DNA of 63,421 nucleotides, filler included, from Octopus bimaculoides (Eukaryota): NCBI RefSeq assembly GCF_001194135.2. It is 9 parts of 9 records of this genome, joined end to end, with 100 filler letters (N's around TTAATTAATTAA, not from the genome) between each part and the next. Parts side by side here need not be neighbours in the genome. Positions count along the whole stretch, not along the records: positions 1 to 1,925 come from NC_068995.1; positions 2,026 to 3,777 come from NW_026344109.1; positions 3,878 to 5,167 come from NW_026417102.1; positions 5,268 to 11,684 come from NC_068982.1; 5 more parts are not named here. One strand, 5' to 3'. Shown piece by piece: positions 1 to 10,632 of this stretch (position 1 is its first letter; each line of letters starts with the position of its first letter). The notes under the pieces were generated by a model. It saw only the letters and a program-made list of their open reading frames with translations, ran no database searches and was not told where the DNA came from. The position numbers and the translations under genes were made by a program.

Positions 1-48
<48 letters not shown>

Positions 49-264
49 TATATATTTATATATGTATATGTATATTTATATATATGTATATATTGGTATA
101 GACATACGCAGACGCACACGCGTTCATATTAGCCACATACATATATATATGTATATAATATATATATAATATATATATATATAATATATAATATATATAT
201 ATTATATAATATATATATATGTATATAATAGAAGCAGTAGATGTTAGTGGTTCATATACATCAC

Positions 265-296
<32 letters not shown>

Positions 297-497
297 GCAT
301 ATATATACATACATATATATATATATATGTGTGTTTGTGTTTGTCTGTGTGTATATCTATATATATATATGTATGTATATATGTTTTTCTATCCCAAGTA
401 CAAATACTTACACACACATGCACGTATTAATATAACTACATAGATCAGATAATGTGATCTGTATGGAAGTGGTTCCATATCTCTCTCTCTCTCTCTA

Positions 498-551
<54 letters not shown>

Positions 552-818
552 CCCCTTTTTTTTCTACCTTTCTGTTTTACCATTTTTCTTGTGCGGCATC
601 TCTATATTTCTTTCTCTCTCTCTCTACATCTGTGTCCGTCTCACTCTCGGTCTTTCAAGTTCTCACTCATTCATTCACTAATTCTATCGTTCATTTTCAT
701 TATAGATATGTGTGTGTGTATGTGTGTGCACATAAACACGTTTATATCCATATGTATGTGTACATACATATAGATATACACACGTATGTATACACACACA
801 AACACACAATACACACAT

Positions 819-1214
819 TACTCTTTTACTCTTTTACTTGTTTCAGTCATTTGACTGCGGCCATGCTGGAGCACCGCCTTTAGTCGAGCAAATCGACCCC
901 AGGACTTATTCTTTGTAAGCCTAGTACTTATTCTATCGATCTCTTTTGCCGAACCGCTATGTTACGGGGACGTAAACACACCAGCATCGGTTGTCAAGCG
1001 ATGGTGGGGGTACAAACACAGACACACAAACACATATATATACACATATATACGACGGGCTTCTTTCAGTTTCCGTCTACCAAATCCACTCACAAGGCTT
1101 TCGTCGGCCCGAGGCTATAGTAGAAGACACTTGCCCAAGGTGCCACGCAGTGGGACTGAACCCAGAACCATGTGGTTGGTAAGCAAGCTACTTACCACAC
1201 AGCCACTCCTGCGC
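819..1214 (-). mobile_element. tRNA-derived CORE-type SINE (family A), full length
   Basis: Reverse complement reads GGAGTGGCTGTGTGGTAAG (A box), GGTTCAGTCCC (B-box-like), CCTTGGGCAAGTG (CORE-like), an internal microsatellite and an (AAAGAGT)n tail; many other copies in the window. Confidence 0.85.
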
Positions 1215-1469
1215 CATGTAAAGTTTTCACTTTTTCTTCTTTTCCTGTCACATGACCACTCTTGGTTTCTCAAGATACTTTTAACACCTTACGTAAACTA
1301 ATCCACACACACACACATACACAAACACACACAAACACACACACACACACATACACACACACACACACACATACACATATATATGTAAATGCTAATATAC
1401 ATACACACATACATATACGTACATATACTTACACATATTTAGAAGATCATCGTATTTATATGTATATAT

Positions 1470-1672
1470 GTGTGTCTTAGTGATTGTGTTTGCCACTCCT
1501 ACGAATCTTCACGACCAGTGTTGGCTTATTTACGTACTCAGAGTTTAGTAGTAGGGCAAAAGACACCGAATGAATAAGCGACAGGTAAAAAAAAAAGTAT
1601 TGGAATCGATTTCTTCGACTAAAACTCTTCAAGACTGTGTTCCAGCATGGCTACAGTCCACTGACTGAAAGT
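1470..1672 (+). mobile_element. Degenerate 3' half of SINE family A
   Basis: Similar to the family A tail (..gaataag..gtcgatt..cgact..ccagcatggc..cagtc..tgactgaaa). Confidence 0.6.
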
Positions 1673-1873
1673 TCAATTTTTCTCAACTGATCAATAGACC
1701 AACTGAGTAAACCTATCAGTAATGTACCTATGATGACTACTCGAAACAGCTGTAAGCCAGCATTGGTCTAATAAAAGAAAAATATGTAATGACCATTATT
1801 TTTAATTTGCGTATACACAGACACGTATACACACACACAGACACATATGCATCTCTCTCTCTCCCTCTCTGTA

Positions 1874-1925
<52 letters not shown>

Positions 1926-1969
1926 NNNNNNNNNNNNNNNNNNNNNNNNNNNNNNNNNNNNNNNNNNNN

Positions 1970-1981
1970 TTAATTAATTAA
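1970..1981. other. Assembly gap marker TTAATTAATTAA inside a 100-bp N block (also at 3822, 5212, 11729, 20129, 27003, 54408, 62347)
   Basis: Identical palindromic 12-mer (stops in all six frames) centred in N runs at eight positions. Confidence 0.95.
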
Positions 1982-2025
1982 NNNNNNNNNNNNNNNNNNN
2001 NNNNNNNNNNNNNNNNNNNNNNNNN

Positions 2026-3565
2026 GGCGTATACAACCAAAATTCATGAAACTCGCCTCTGGATAGGAAAGGAAATAGAAAAGGCATGGCAATATTCAAA
2101 TTTATTGAAATTCAAAAACAAACTAAATAATAATTCCAAAAAGCATATAAAGCCAGAAATCTCCTGTTCAAATCTATAATNNNNNNNNNNNNNNNNNNNN
2201 NNNNNNNNNNNNNNNNNNNNNNNNNNNNNNNNNNNNNNNNNNNNNNNNNNNNNNNNNNNNNNNNNNNNNNNNNNNNNNNNNNNNNNNNNNNNNNNNNNNN
2301 NNNNNNNNNNNNNNNNNNNNNNNNNNNNNNNNNNNNNNNNNNNNNNNNNNNNNNNNNNNNNNNNNNNNNNNNNNNNNNNNNNNNNNNNNNNNNNNNNNNN
2401 NNNNNNNNNNNNNNNNNNNNNNNNNNNNNNNNNNNNNNNNNNNNNNNNNNNNNNNNNNNNNNNNNNNNNNNNNNNNNNNNNNNNNNNNNNNNNNNNNNNN
2501 NNNNNNNNNNNNNNNNNNNNNNNNNNNNNNNNNNNNNNNNNNNNNNNNNNNNNNNNNNNNNNNNNNNNNNNNNNNNNNNNNNNNNNNNNNNNNNNNNNNN
2601 NNNNNNNNNNNNNNNNNNNNNNNNNNNNNNNNNNNNNNNNNNNNNNNNNNNNNNNNNNNNNNNNNNNNNNNNNNNNNNNNNNNNNNNNNNNNNNNNNNNN
2701 NNNNNNNNNNNNNNNNNNNNNNNNNNNNNNNNNNNNNNNNNNNNNNNNNNNNNNNNNNNNNNNNNNNNNNNNNNNNNNNNNNNNNNNNNNNNNNNNNNNN
2801 NNNNNNNNNNNNNNNNNNNNNNNNNNNNNNNNNNNNNNNNNNNNNNNNNNNNNNNNNNNNNNNNNNNNNNNNNNNNNNNNNNNNNNNNNNNNNNNNNNNN
2901 NNNNNNNNNNNNNNNNNNNNNNNNNNAAACATCGAGCAAAGAACATAAGTAGCGGTCGTGATACACACCACGAAGAAATGATCAAGTTCAATAACGATCT
3001 GTTAAGCAACAACTACCCTAAAAGTATTACTATCCACTCCAATTATGAAGAAGAGAGAGGATGAGTCCAATAAACTGTCCACTGTCTGTCTACCCTATGT
3101 GAAAGGGCTCTCCGAAAAGATACAAAACATATGCGGCCCATATGACATTAGGACAGTATTCATAAGTAATACAACACTTCGCAAATATCTCCTTCGAGTA
3201 AAACTACCAATAGAAGAGAATATAACCAAAGACTGCGAATACTGCATCCCATGAAGCTGAGGTAGGTTATACAGAGGAGCAACATGTCACCCCCTCAAAA
3301 TAAGGGTAGAGGAACATCGCAAACCTGTGACACGGGGGATATTGATAAATCGGGAATAGCTGATCATGTATGGAAAAATGGAGACCACCTCTCCCTGTGG
3401 GATGAAGCTAAAATAATTGACAGAGAATTCCACTGGAAAATACGAAAACTAAAAGAAGCAGCACCTATGCTAGGACAAAACAACCTCCTTAGCAGACCAA
3501 GTGCAGATATGAGCAGCATATTGGAACCGGTATTAATCATGGATAGAAAAATATTAGATTTATAA
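2026..3565 (+). mobile_element. Penelope-like retroelement (Penelope/Poseidon type) remnant: RT thumb plus GIY-YIG endonuclease, disrupted
   Basis: Translations HRAKNISS..EEM..L.SNNYP (RT thumb), LPYVKGLSEKI, IRVEEH, SGIADHVW...W....IID.E.HW..RKLKEA match the PLE C-terminus; contains stops, frameshifts and an N gap. Confidence 0.85.
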
Positions 3566-3594
3566 GCCCTAAACTTCACTCCATAATTGCCCAC

Positions 3595-3777
3595 GGACAT
3601 ATGGCGTAGTGCTTATGGGCGCGGGCTACTAACCTCAAGATTCCGAGTTCGATTCCAATAATAATAGTAATACTACTACTAATAATAATAACATCGAAAA
3701 ATACCTTGGGAATGAGAACCAAGTTTCGAAATTTCCCCAAGACACCTGAAGAAGGTTGGAAGGTATATCAGCCGAAA
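3595..3777 (+). mobile_element. tRNA-like head + (ATA)n + Penelope pseudo-LTR segment
   Basis: A box TGGCGTAGTGC at 3602, B box GAGTTCGATTCC at 3645, then CATCGAAAAATACCTT..GAATGAGAAC; the same module recurs at 22672-22975. Confidence 0.7.
3741..3777 (+). ncRNA. Minimal type I hammerhead ribozyme motif (3' end lost in gap)
   Basis: GACAC-CTGAAGA-A-GGTTG(loop)CAGCC-GAAA; the sister copy at 22885 supplies the missing CGTT-GTGTT that closes stems III and I. Confidence 0.65.
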
Positions 3778-4044
3778 NNNNNNNNNNNNNNNNNNNNNNN
3801 NNNNNNNNNNNNNNNNNNNNNTTAATTAATTAANNNNNNNNNNNNNNNNNNNNNNNNNNNNNNNNNNNNNNNNNNNNATCCATACATACATACATACATA
3901 CATTTACGAGGCCGCAATAATTTGGTTATTATACATCTTAATTCCGCCTGTATATATTCCCCTTTCTTACTTTATTTTTTATATATTTATTTTTCTCTCT
4001 TTCTTTATGACTTTATTCATTCATTTATTTATTCATTTATTCAT

Positions 4045-4075
<31 letters not shown>

Positions 4076-4721
4076 TTTCTCACTGTCCCACTTCCCTCAT
4101 TCGCTTCTCGCTCTTTCTTTTTCCGTCAAATTCACTCCCAGCCATCTCTTTCTCACTTTCGATCTATTTATTTTGTACTACTACCGCCACCACCACCACC
4201 ACCACCACGAACTCTCTTTATCGCGCTCTTCTATTCACCACCACTGCACAACGCATTGTTTCATTAACGACATTATGTTCATATCCCAACTGTTAAATAC
4301 AAACCACGACCACAACCGTCCATCACTAGCACGTTACAACAGTTTTGACATTTCTAAAGGACAATGCATACGTGCACACACATACTCTCTCTCTCTCTTT
4401 AACTCTCTCATACACACACACGCACACACTACACATACACACACGCATGTACATAGGCACACACGCACACACACACATACACACACACACATCTATATAT
4501 ATGTGTGTGTGTGTGTATTCGTGTATACGTATATGCATATTTGTGTATATGTATACGTATATACATGTGCACATGTATATATAGGTATGTGTATTTATGA
4601 ATATATGTACATGAATATATATATATACACACACATGCATATATATAGAGAGACAGAGAAAGAGAGAGATATATATACATGTACATTCATATATGTATAT
4701 ATATATATATATATGTGTGAA

Positions 4722-4756
<35 letters not shown>

Positions 4757-5268
4757 ACAAGCACACATACGTATATACATACATACATACATACATACAT
4801 ATACGTATACATACATATATACATACATACATACATACACTTTATATACTAATAGTTATACATTATATAACTAATAGTTATACATTATAGTTATATATAT
4901 ATATATATATACAATGTGAGTATGTGTGTGTGTACATGTGTGTACACAGACACGCCACATTTATACCTATAACACCACCCGTGTGTACTCTGACTCATGT
5001 AATTTCATGCATTATAGATATGCTATTATCTATATATACATACACGCACGTATATACGCATTTAGGTATGTATTCACACATAGGTATGTTTGAAAATACA
5101 AACACACATACGCATTATATATATATACGTAAAGGGCACACATTCCAGCTATTTAACGGGGGAAAAANNNNNNNNNNNNNNNNNNNNNNNNNNNNNNNNN
5201 NNNNNNNNNNNTTAATTAATTAANNNNNNNNNNNNNNNNNNNNNNNNNNNNNNNNNNNNNNNNNNNNA

Positions 5269-5486
5269 AGACACCATTTCGAGCGTGGCCGTTTTCGTGC
5301 GGGTGACACGTAAAAGCACCCACTACACTCTCTGAGTGGTTGGCGTTAGGAAGGGCATCCAGCTGTAGAAACTCTGCCAAATCAGACTGGAGCCTGGTGT
5401 TGCCATCCGGTTTCACCAGTCCTCAGTCAAATCGTCCAACCCATGCTAGCATGGAAAGCGGACGTTAAACGATGATGATGATGATG
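5269..5486 (+). mobile_element. 3' end of RTE-type LINE/SINE with (GAT)n tail
   Basis: GGTTGGCGTTAGGAAGGGCATCC...CCATGCTAGCATGGAAAGCGGACGTTAAACGATGATGATG; an inverted copy lies at 21478-21790. Confidence 0.75.
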
Positions 5487-5583
5487 TGCCTGGTGTACCC
5501 TTATCAGACAGGTAGTCATGATGGGTATAATGGACTTCGTATATTTTACCCCAGTGTCACTTTGATGGCATGCACTGCTCTCT
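5487..5583 (-). repeat. Unclassified interspersed repeat (family X) fragment
   Basis: Reverse complement matches 58905-59010 (GCCATCA..GACACT.GGGTAAAATATACG...TAAGGGTACACCAG). Confidence 0.65.
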
Positions 5584-5585
5584 CA

Positions 5586-5616
<31 letters not shown>

Positions 5617-5706
5617 GCACGCACGCGAGCATGTAAGACATGTTACAACAACAACGATGTGAGCAACAACTACTGTTTAGAAAAGAATGTTTTCCAACCT
5701 ACATAG

Positions 5707-5755
5707 GTCATCAATGGCCTGTGCTCCATAGAGACTTTGAGAGCGAGGGGCTTAA
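5707..5755 (+). other. Candidate short exon
   Basis: ttccaacctacatAG acceptor, 49 nt, GTAAGT donor; unique sequence. Confidence 0.25.
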
Positions 5756-5946
5756 GTAAGTAAATCCATAGAGCATTGAGAAAGGAATAGGAATGGAACT
5801 GGGGAACAAAAATATGAAAAACTGATTTATTTTAAAAAACAGAAATTCTTTCACAGTTGTAATTCCCATTGCATAAAACATGGAAATACTCAAAATAATG
5901 AAGGACAAAAACAACCACCCTAGTTTTCGTCCTTTTATTTCTCCAG

Positions 5947-5996
5947 GACGTGATAGCTATTCTGAAAGTCCACCAAAATTGAGAGTAAAATGAATG
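5947..5996 (+). other. Candidate short exon
   Basis: ttttcgtccttttatttctccAG acceptor, 50 nt, ATG|GTAAGC donor; stop codons in all frames. Confidence 0.3.
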
Positions 5997-6134
5997 GTAA
6001 GCAGCAAGGTTGAGTGAGAACTATGTTACTTCTAACAGGAACAGAAAGTTGGTAGTTCCTCTGGATCAGTCAATATTTGGTGCTTTATCTTATTTACAAA
6101 AGGATTTAGGATGAATTTACTACATGTGTTTATA

Positions 6135-6590
6135 ATCCTTTCTACTTATAGGCACAAGGCCTGAAACTTGGTTGTGGTGGGCGCTAGTCAATTACATCGC
6201 CGCTAGTCAATTACATCGGTCTCAAATGGTACTTATTTTATTGACCCTGAAAAGATGAAAGGTAAAATCAGTCTCAGCAAAAGTTAAACTCAAAATGTTA
6301 AGACAGACGAAATGATATCCGATGTGCTAACGACTCAGCCAGCTTGCTGCCTTACTGCATGCGTTTATAAGCGTTACTACTTTAGGCACAAGGCCTGAAG
6401 TTTTGTGGAAAGGAGTCAGTCAGTTACATCGACCTCAGTGTTCAGTAACTGGTATTTATTCTATTGATCCTGAAAGGATGAAAGGTAAATTCAACCTCAG
6501 CAGAATTTAAACTGGGAACATAAAGACGGATGAAATGCTGCTAAGCATTTTCTTCGGCGTGCTAATGATTCTGCTATCTCGCTGCCTTTC
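6135..6590 (-). mobile_element. Two tandem SINE family B copies (6135-6352, 6375-6590)
   Basis: Shared core GACCC.GAAAGGATGAAAGG.AAA..CGACCTCGGCGGAATTTGAACTC seen in more than 10 copies in the window. Confidence 0.8.
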
Positions 6591-6747
6591 TACATGATTA
6601 TATTTAATAATACGTTGTCAATGTCATTCAACATCAACATCGTGTTATTATATACAATAACAACATATTACTATATACACATATTAATCAACTTTGATTA
6701 AACAGAGCTGTTACTGAAAGCGCTTCAACCATTAAGCATTCCCACTC

Positions 6748-6764
6748 CTGTCTGTCTGTCTGTT

Positions 6765-6839
<75 letters not shown>

Positions 6840-6862
6840 TTGTCTGCCTGTCTGTTTGTCTG

Positions 6863-6895
<33 letters not shown>
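6748..6895. repeat. (TCTG)n/(TC)n microsatellite
   Basis: Direct reading. Confidence 0.95.
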
Positions 6896-7404
6896 TNNNN
6901 NNNNNNNNNNNNNNNNNNNNNNNNNNNNNNNNNNNNNNNNNNNNNNNNNNNNNNNNNNNNNNNNNNNNNNNNNNNNNNNNNNNNNNNNNNNNNNNNNNNN
7001 NNNNNNNNNNNNNNNNNNNNNNNNNNNNNNNNNNNNNNNNNNNNNNNNNNNNNNNNNNNNNNNNNNNNNNNNNNNNNNNNNNNNNNNNNNNNNNNNNNNN
7101 NNNNNNNNNNNNNNNNNNNNNNNNNNNNNNNNNNNNNNNNNNNNNNNNNNNNNNNNNNNNNNNNNNNNNNNNNNNNNNNNNNNNNNNNNNNNNNNNNNNN
7201 NNNNNNNNNNNNNNNNNNNNNNNNNNNNNNNNNNNNNNNNNNNNNNNNNNNNNNNNNNNNNNNNNNNNNNNNNNNNNNNNNNNNNNNNNNNNNNNNNNNN
7301 NNNNNNNNNNNNNNNNNNNNNNNNNNNNNNNNNNNNNNNNNNNNNNNNNNNNNNACTTCCCTCTTTTAGCGAATTTAGTCCCTTCATAAAAAGGAACCGG
7401 TTTC

Positions 7405-7664
7405 GGTAATTTTTCAGATTAATACCCGCACGATTACCTAACCCTAACCCTAAAACCCTAAACCTAACCCTAAAACCCTAAACCTAACCCTAATCCTAAC
7501 CCTAACCATAACCCTCAACCCTAACCCTAAACCTTAACCCTAACCCTAAAACCCTAACCCTAAAACCCTAACCCTGACCTTAAAACCGTAACCGTAACAC
7601 TAACCCTAATCCTAACCCTAACACCCTAGTGAAAATCGTGTGGGTGTTAATCTGAAAAATTACC
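7405..7664. mobile_element. MITE with 31-bp TIRs, 8-bp TSD and telomere-like (CCCTAA)n interior (Merlin- or hAT-like)
   Basis: TIR GGTAATTTTTCAGATTAATACCCGCACGATT (7405-7435) vs 7634-7664, 29/31 match; direct repeat CCGGTTTC at 7397-7404 and 7665-7672. Confidence 0.9.
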
Positions 7665-8033
7665 CCGGTTTCTTCTATACAGAAAATAATTAATCATTTG
7701 GGTAACTGTAAGCTAATTCTGAAATATCTTGAGCTTCAAAGAGAGAGGCACAGACAGACAGTCAGGTAATTACAGATAGATAGGTTGAGGGAGGGAGAGG
7801 AAAAGATATGGAGAGTGAAAAAGAGAGAGGGGGAGGGAGAAAAGGAGTGAGAAAGAGAGAGAGTATAAATGGAGGTATAGAAACAAAAAAAAAAAGACAG
7901 CGGTATAAAGAGAAAGAGCAGCAAGAGATCAAAGAAAAAAATTCCACTCTGTTGTCTTCGTATTGCAAGTGCAATGCCATAAAATCTAGCTCCATGAGAA
8001 AACAATAATGAGCTTTCTTTTTTTTTAATACTT

Positions 8034-8059
8034 TTAGACAATGCATTTTCTCAGACAGT
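8034..8059 (-). CDS. Candidate second exon (coding part DCLRKCIV*) of the 9806-10063 gene
   Basis: Strong minus-strand acceptor ttttcttttgttccAG; phase 1 matches the donor at 9806; speculative. Confidence 0.2.
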
Positions 8060-8184
8060 CTGGAACAAAAGAAAATGATCAAGGAAAATGAAATTCCTGT
8101 TGAATTTCATTACATTTTGGGAAGAATCAAAACTACTCGTCCCAGTCAATAGGAATGTTCCTACTTAAAGATGATATTACATAA

Positions 8185-8400
8185 AGTTGTCATCATCATC
8201 ATTGTCATCATTTCACACCCATGTTCCAATGCTGGACATGGTTGAACAGTTCGACATGATCCAACTAGCCTGAGGGCTGTTTTGGTCTCTATTACCTACT
8301 TTGGCAAGGTTTCTACAGTTGGATGCCAATTTACAGAGTGTACTAGGTGCATTTTATTTGTGGCACTAGCACTTGTGAGGTCACCAAGTGCCTCATGAGA
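8185..8400 (-). mobile_element. Degenerate RTE-type 3' tail
   Basis: (CAT)n followed by similarity to 21478-21790. Confidence 0.55.
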
Positions 8401-8435
8401 TGCAGCCCCTTGACAGAATATGGGTGTAGTATTAA

Positions 8436-8654
8436 CTCTTTAGCCTTCAGATCACTCTGTCTAATGTAGTGCTTATTTATTCCCATTCCTTTGAATTAAT
8501 CGTGCATTATCTTGTAACTTTGAGATTTCAGTGACATGACTATTTATTTCTAGAATAATACTGTAAAGTAAGTGTAAGAAACCAGATCTTACTAGCTTGA
8601 ACATAGAACTGGTAGAATAATTGGTCAGATATAGCTGGTTTAGATGCTAAAGAT
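8436..8654. mobile_element. piggyBac-like MITE
   Basis: TTAA|CTCTTTAGC ... GCTAAAGAT|TTAA (TTAA at 8432 and 8655). Confidence 0.6.
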
Positions 8655-8932
8655 TTAAGAGAGGTGGCTTTGTGCCAGGTATTGAGAGGCTAAAATAGGT
8701 AAGAGAGACAAGAACAGGCATCTTGCTGTAGAGGAGATAGATGGATACTCCAACAGGAAAAGGGAAAATGATGGAATGTGGTATAAAGGTACAAAAAGGT
8801 AAATAGAGGAGGAGCAGGAGGATGTCTGCATGCCATAGATCTTTTCAAACGATGGACCTAAAGCTAGAAAATAAAAGGCTAGTGAATTATTGCTTTATCA
8901 TAAAGAACTATTGTTTCAGTGACCAACTCCAA

Positions 8933-9170
8933 TTTCTTATTTCTGTATTGCCCACAAGGGGCTAAACATAGAAGGGAGAAACATGGACAGACAAAGGGAT
9001 TAAGTCGATTACATCGACCCTAGTGCGTAGTTGGTACTTAATTTATTGATCCCGAAAGGATGAAAGGTAAAGTCGACCTCGGCGGAATTTGAACTCAGAA
9101 CGTAAAGACAGACGAAATACCGCAAAGCATTTCGCCTGGTGTGCTAATGTTTCTGCCAGCTCGCCGCCTT
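8933..9170 (-). mobile_element. SINE family B
   Basis: Full family B core, head and TTTCTTTATT tail. Confidence 0.85.
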
Positions 9171-9423
9171 CTCCAGTTTCTGAAGCATTAAGCTATTAAA
9201 GGGACAAACATTCCTTCTGTACAGGATGTAGATCTATTGGGGATAATTTCTTCATGCCAAATGAATTGAAGTCAGTACTGCAATCCAGTAAAATACTCAT
9301 CAATTTAAAAATTGTACTGTTGTTGTTCCTGTTGCTGTTGTTTATAACAGTGAATTGTATCACTCACAGGGACTCAACCATTAGTAGGTAAGTATCTTGA
9401 CCTTAAACACAACATACCCCTTG

Positions 9424-9509
9424 TTACAGGACATGAACTGCATTACAGAATGTGGATTGTGTTACAGAATGTGGATTGCATTATAGAGTATGTATTGTGT
9501 TACAGAATG
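9424..9509. repeat. 19-bp minisatellite (TTACAGAATGTGGATTGYR), ~4.5 copies
   Basis: Units start at 9424, 9443, 9462, 9481 and 9500. Confidence 0.8.
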
Positions 9510-9519
9510 CCCTGCTTTC

Positions 9520-9625
9520 TCATGTATCCATGTTTAAAATTTCAGCGCGATCGGATGAACAATACTCAAGTTATAAGTGCACAAACAGACAAACAGAGAG
9601 AATGGATTTTATATATTAAGATATA
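9520..9625 (+). mobile_element. Possible 3' end of a non-autonomous Helitron/Helentron-like element
   Basis: AAATTTCAGCGCGATCGGATGAAC...(ACAG)n...TTTTATATATTAAGAT resembles the Lep1/HINE-type 3' layout; resemblance only. Confidence 0.35.
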
Positions 9626-9805
9626 TATTGGGTCTTTCCATAAATAATGCGATCTATTTATACGTATTCCCTTCACCCAGCCATATACCACCCCTAAGGA
9701 AATAAAGTAAATTAGAAATATTCTGTTATATTGATTGTGTATGTGGTGTGATGGAGGAAAAAGACAACAAGAAGCAAAAGGACAGAATGAAACGTTGGAC
9801 CTTAC

Positions 9806-10063
9806 CTTGTCGACCGCAGCGGAGTACACGATCGCTCTTGATCAAAACACGTCTTTCTCGTAACCTGTCTGTTTTCTCACTGCCCCCGTGCTGGCCTTCG
9901 ACCGCATGTGTCCGACTTCCGATCTGACCCTTCCGGTCTGGCCCTTCCGGTCTGGCCCTTCCGGTCTGGCTTCACTTCTGTTTGCCTCACCTCTCTCCAC
10001 CAACAACACACAGCTCATCACAGCCCATAACACCACAGTGTATATTTTAATTTTCATCTTCAT
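9806..10063 (-). CDS. Probable first coding exon of a secreted or type II membrane protein; as assembled a 73-aa ORF (stop at 9842-9844)
   Basis: MKMKIKIYTVVLWAVMSCVLLVERGEA (basic n-region, hydrophobic core); AAG|GTAAGG donor at 9806/9805; CpG-rich island within a CpG-poor region. Confidence 0.55.
9915..9970 (-). repeat. 14-bp tandem repeat GCCAGACCGGAAGG x3 plus one degenerate copy, inside the exon
   Basis: Perfect units at 9929, 9943 and 9957; degenerate unit at 9915. Confidence 0.95.
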
Positions 10064-10406
10064 CACGTACTTTTTGAAAGGTTTTTTTTTCGCTGCGTTA
10101 AAATGATGATCTTCTTTAGCAAAAACATTCACTTTCTGTTGACTTAGTTAAAACTTAGTAATAAATCATCATAAGCAGCTAGAAGTATAAATATTATAGT
10201 TTTTGTCAAGGAGGATGGTAGTAGTTAATTTCAACTATTTTTGTAGTTTTATTCATTGGTGATTGTGAAGTTCTCATTTATTCTAAGATTTGAGATATTG
10301 AATTATCAAGAACTGAATCTGATAGCTGTGCCATACATTATTACTTATGGATTTGGATTTGATCTCCAAGTGTTGCAAAGGGCTTAAAGAAACCTAAAAA
10401 GGTGAA

Positions 10407-10632
10407 TGGCAGTAAGCTGGCAGAAATGTTAGAACACCGGGTGAAATGCTTAGTGGTATTTTGTCTGCCGTTACATTCTTAGTTCAAATTCCGCTGAGGT
10501 CGACTTTGCCTTTCATCCTTTTGGGGTCGATAAATTAAGAACCAGTTATGCACTGGGGTCGATGTAATCGACTTAATCCCTTTGTTTGTCCCCTCTATGT
10601 TTAGCCCCTTGTGGGCAATAAAGAAATAAGAA
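10407..10632 (+). mobile_element. SINE family B, CpG-decayed
   Basis: Family B sequence with multiple CG-to-TG/CA changes relative to the copy at 28281-28512. Confidence 0.85.

Noticed and set aside
3595-3657. Genuine tRNA gene (also other SINE heads)
   Set aside because: No complete acceptor stem; continues into a repeat body.
7436-7633. Chromosome end or fusion scar
   Set aside because: The array is degenerate, single-orientation and enclosed by TIRs with a TSD.
9225-9387. Plus-strand exon encoding a TM segment (MPNELK..IVLLLFLLLLFITVNC) with AG|GTAAGT donor
   Set aside because: The hydrophobic run derives from a (TGT)n-like tract, and the nearest acceptor (9429) is part of a minisatellite; kept only as a remote possibility.
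5997-9429. Two apparent 42-nt GT-AG introns (5997-6038, 9388-9429)
   Set aside because: Too short for typical mollusc introns; one acceptor is in a tandem repeat; coincidence likely.
9888-10106. Plus-strand 72-aa ORF
   Set aside because: Starts at a non-ATG codon, has no splice support, and is the antisense shadow of the better-supported minus exon.
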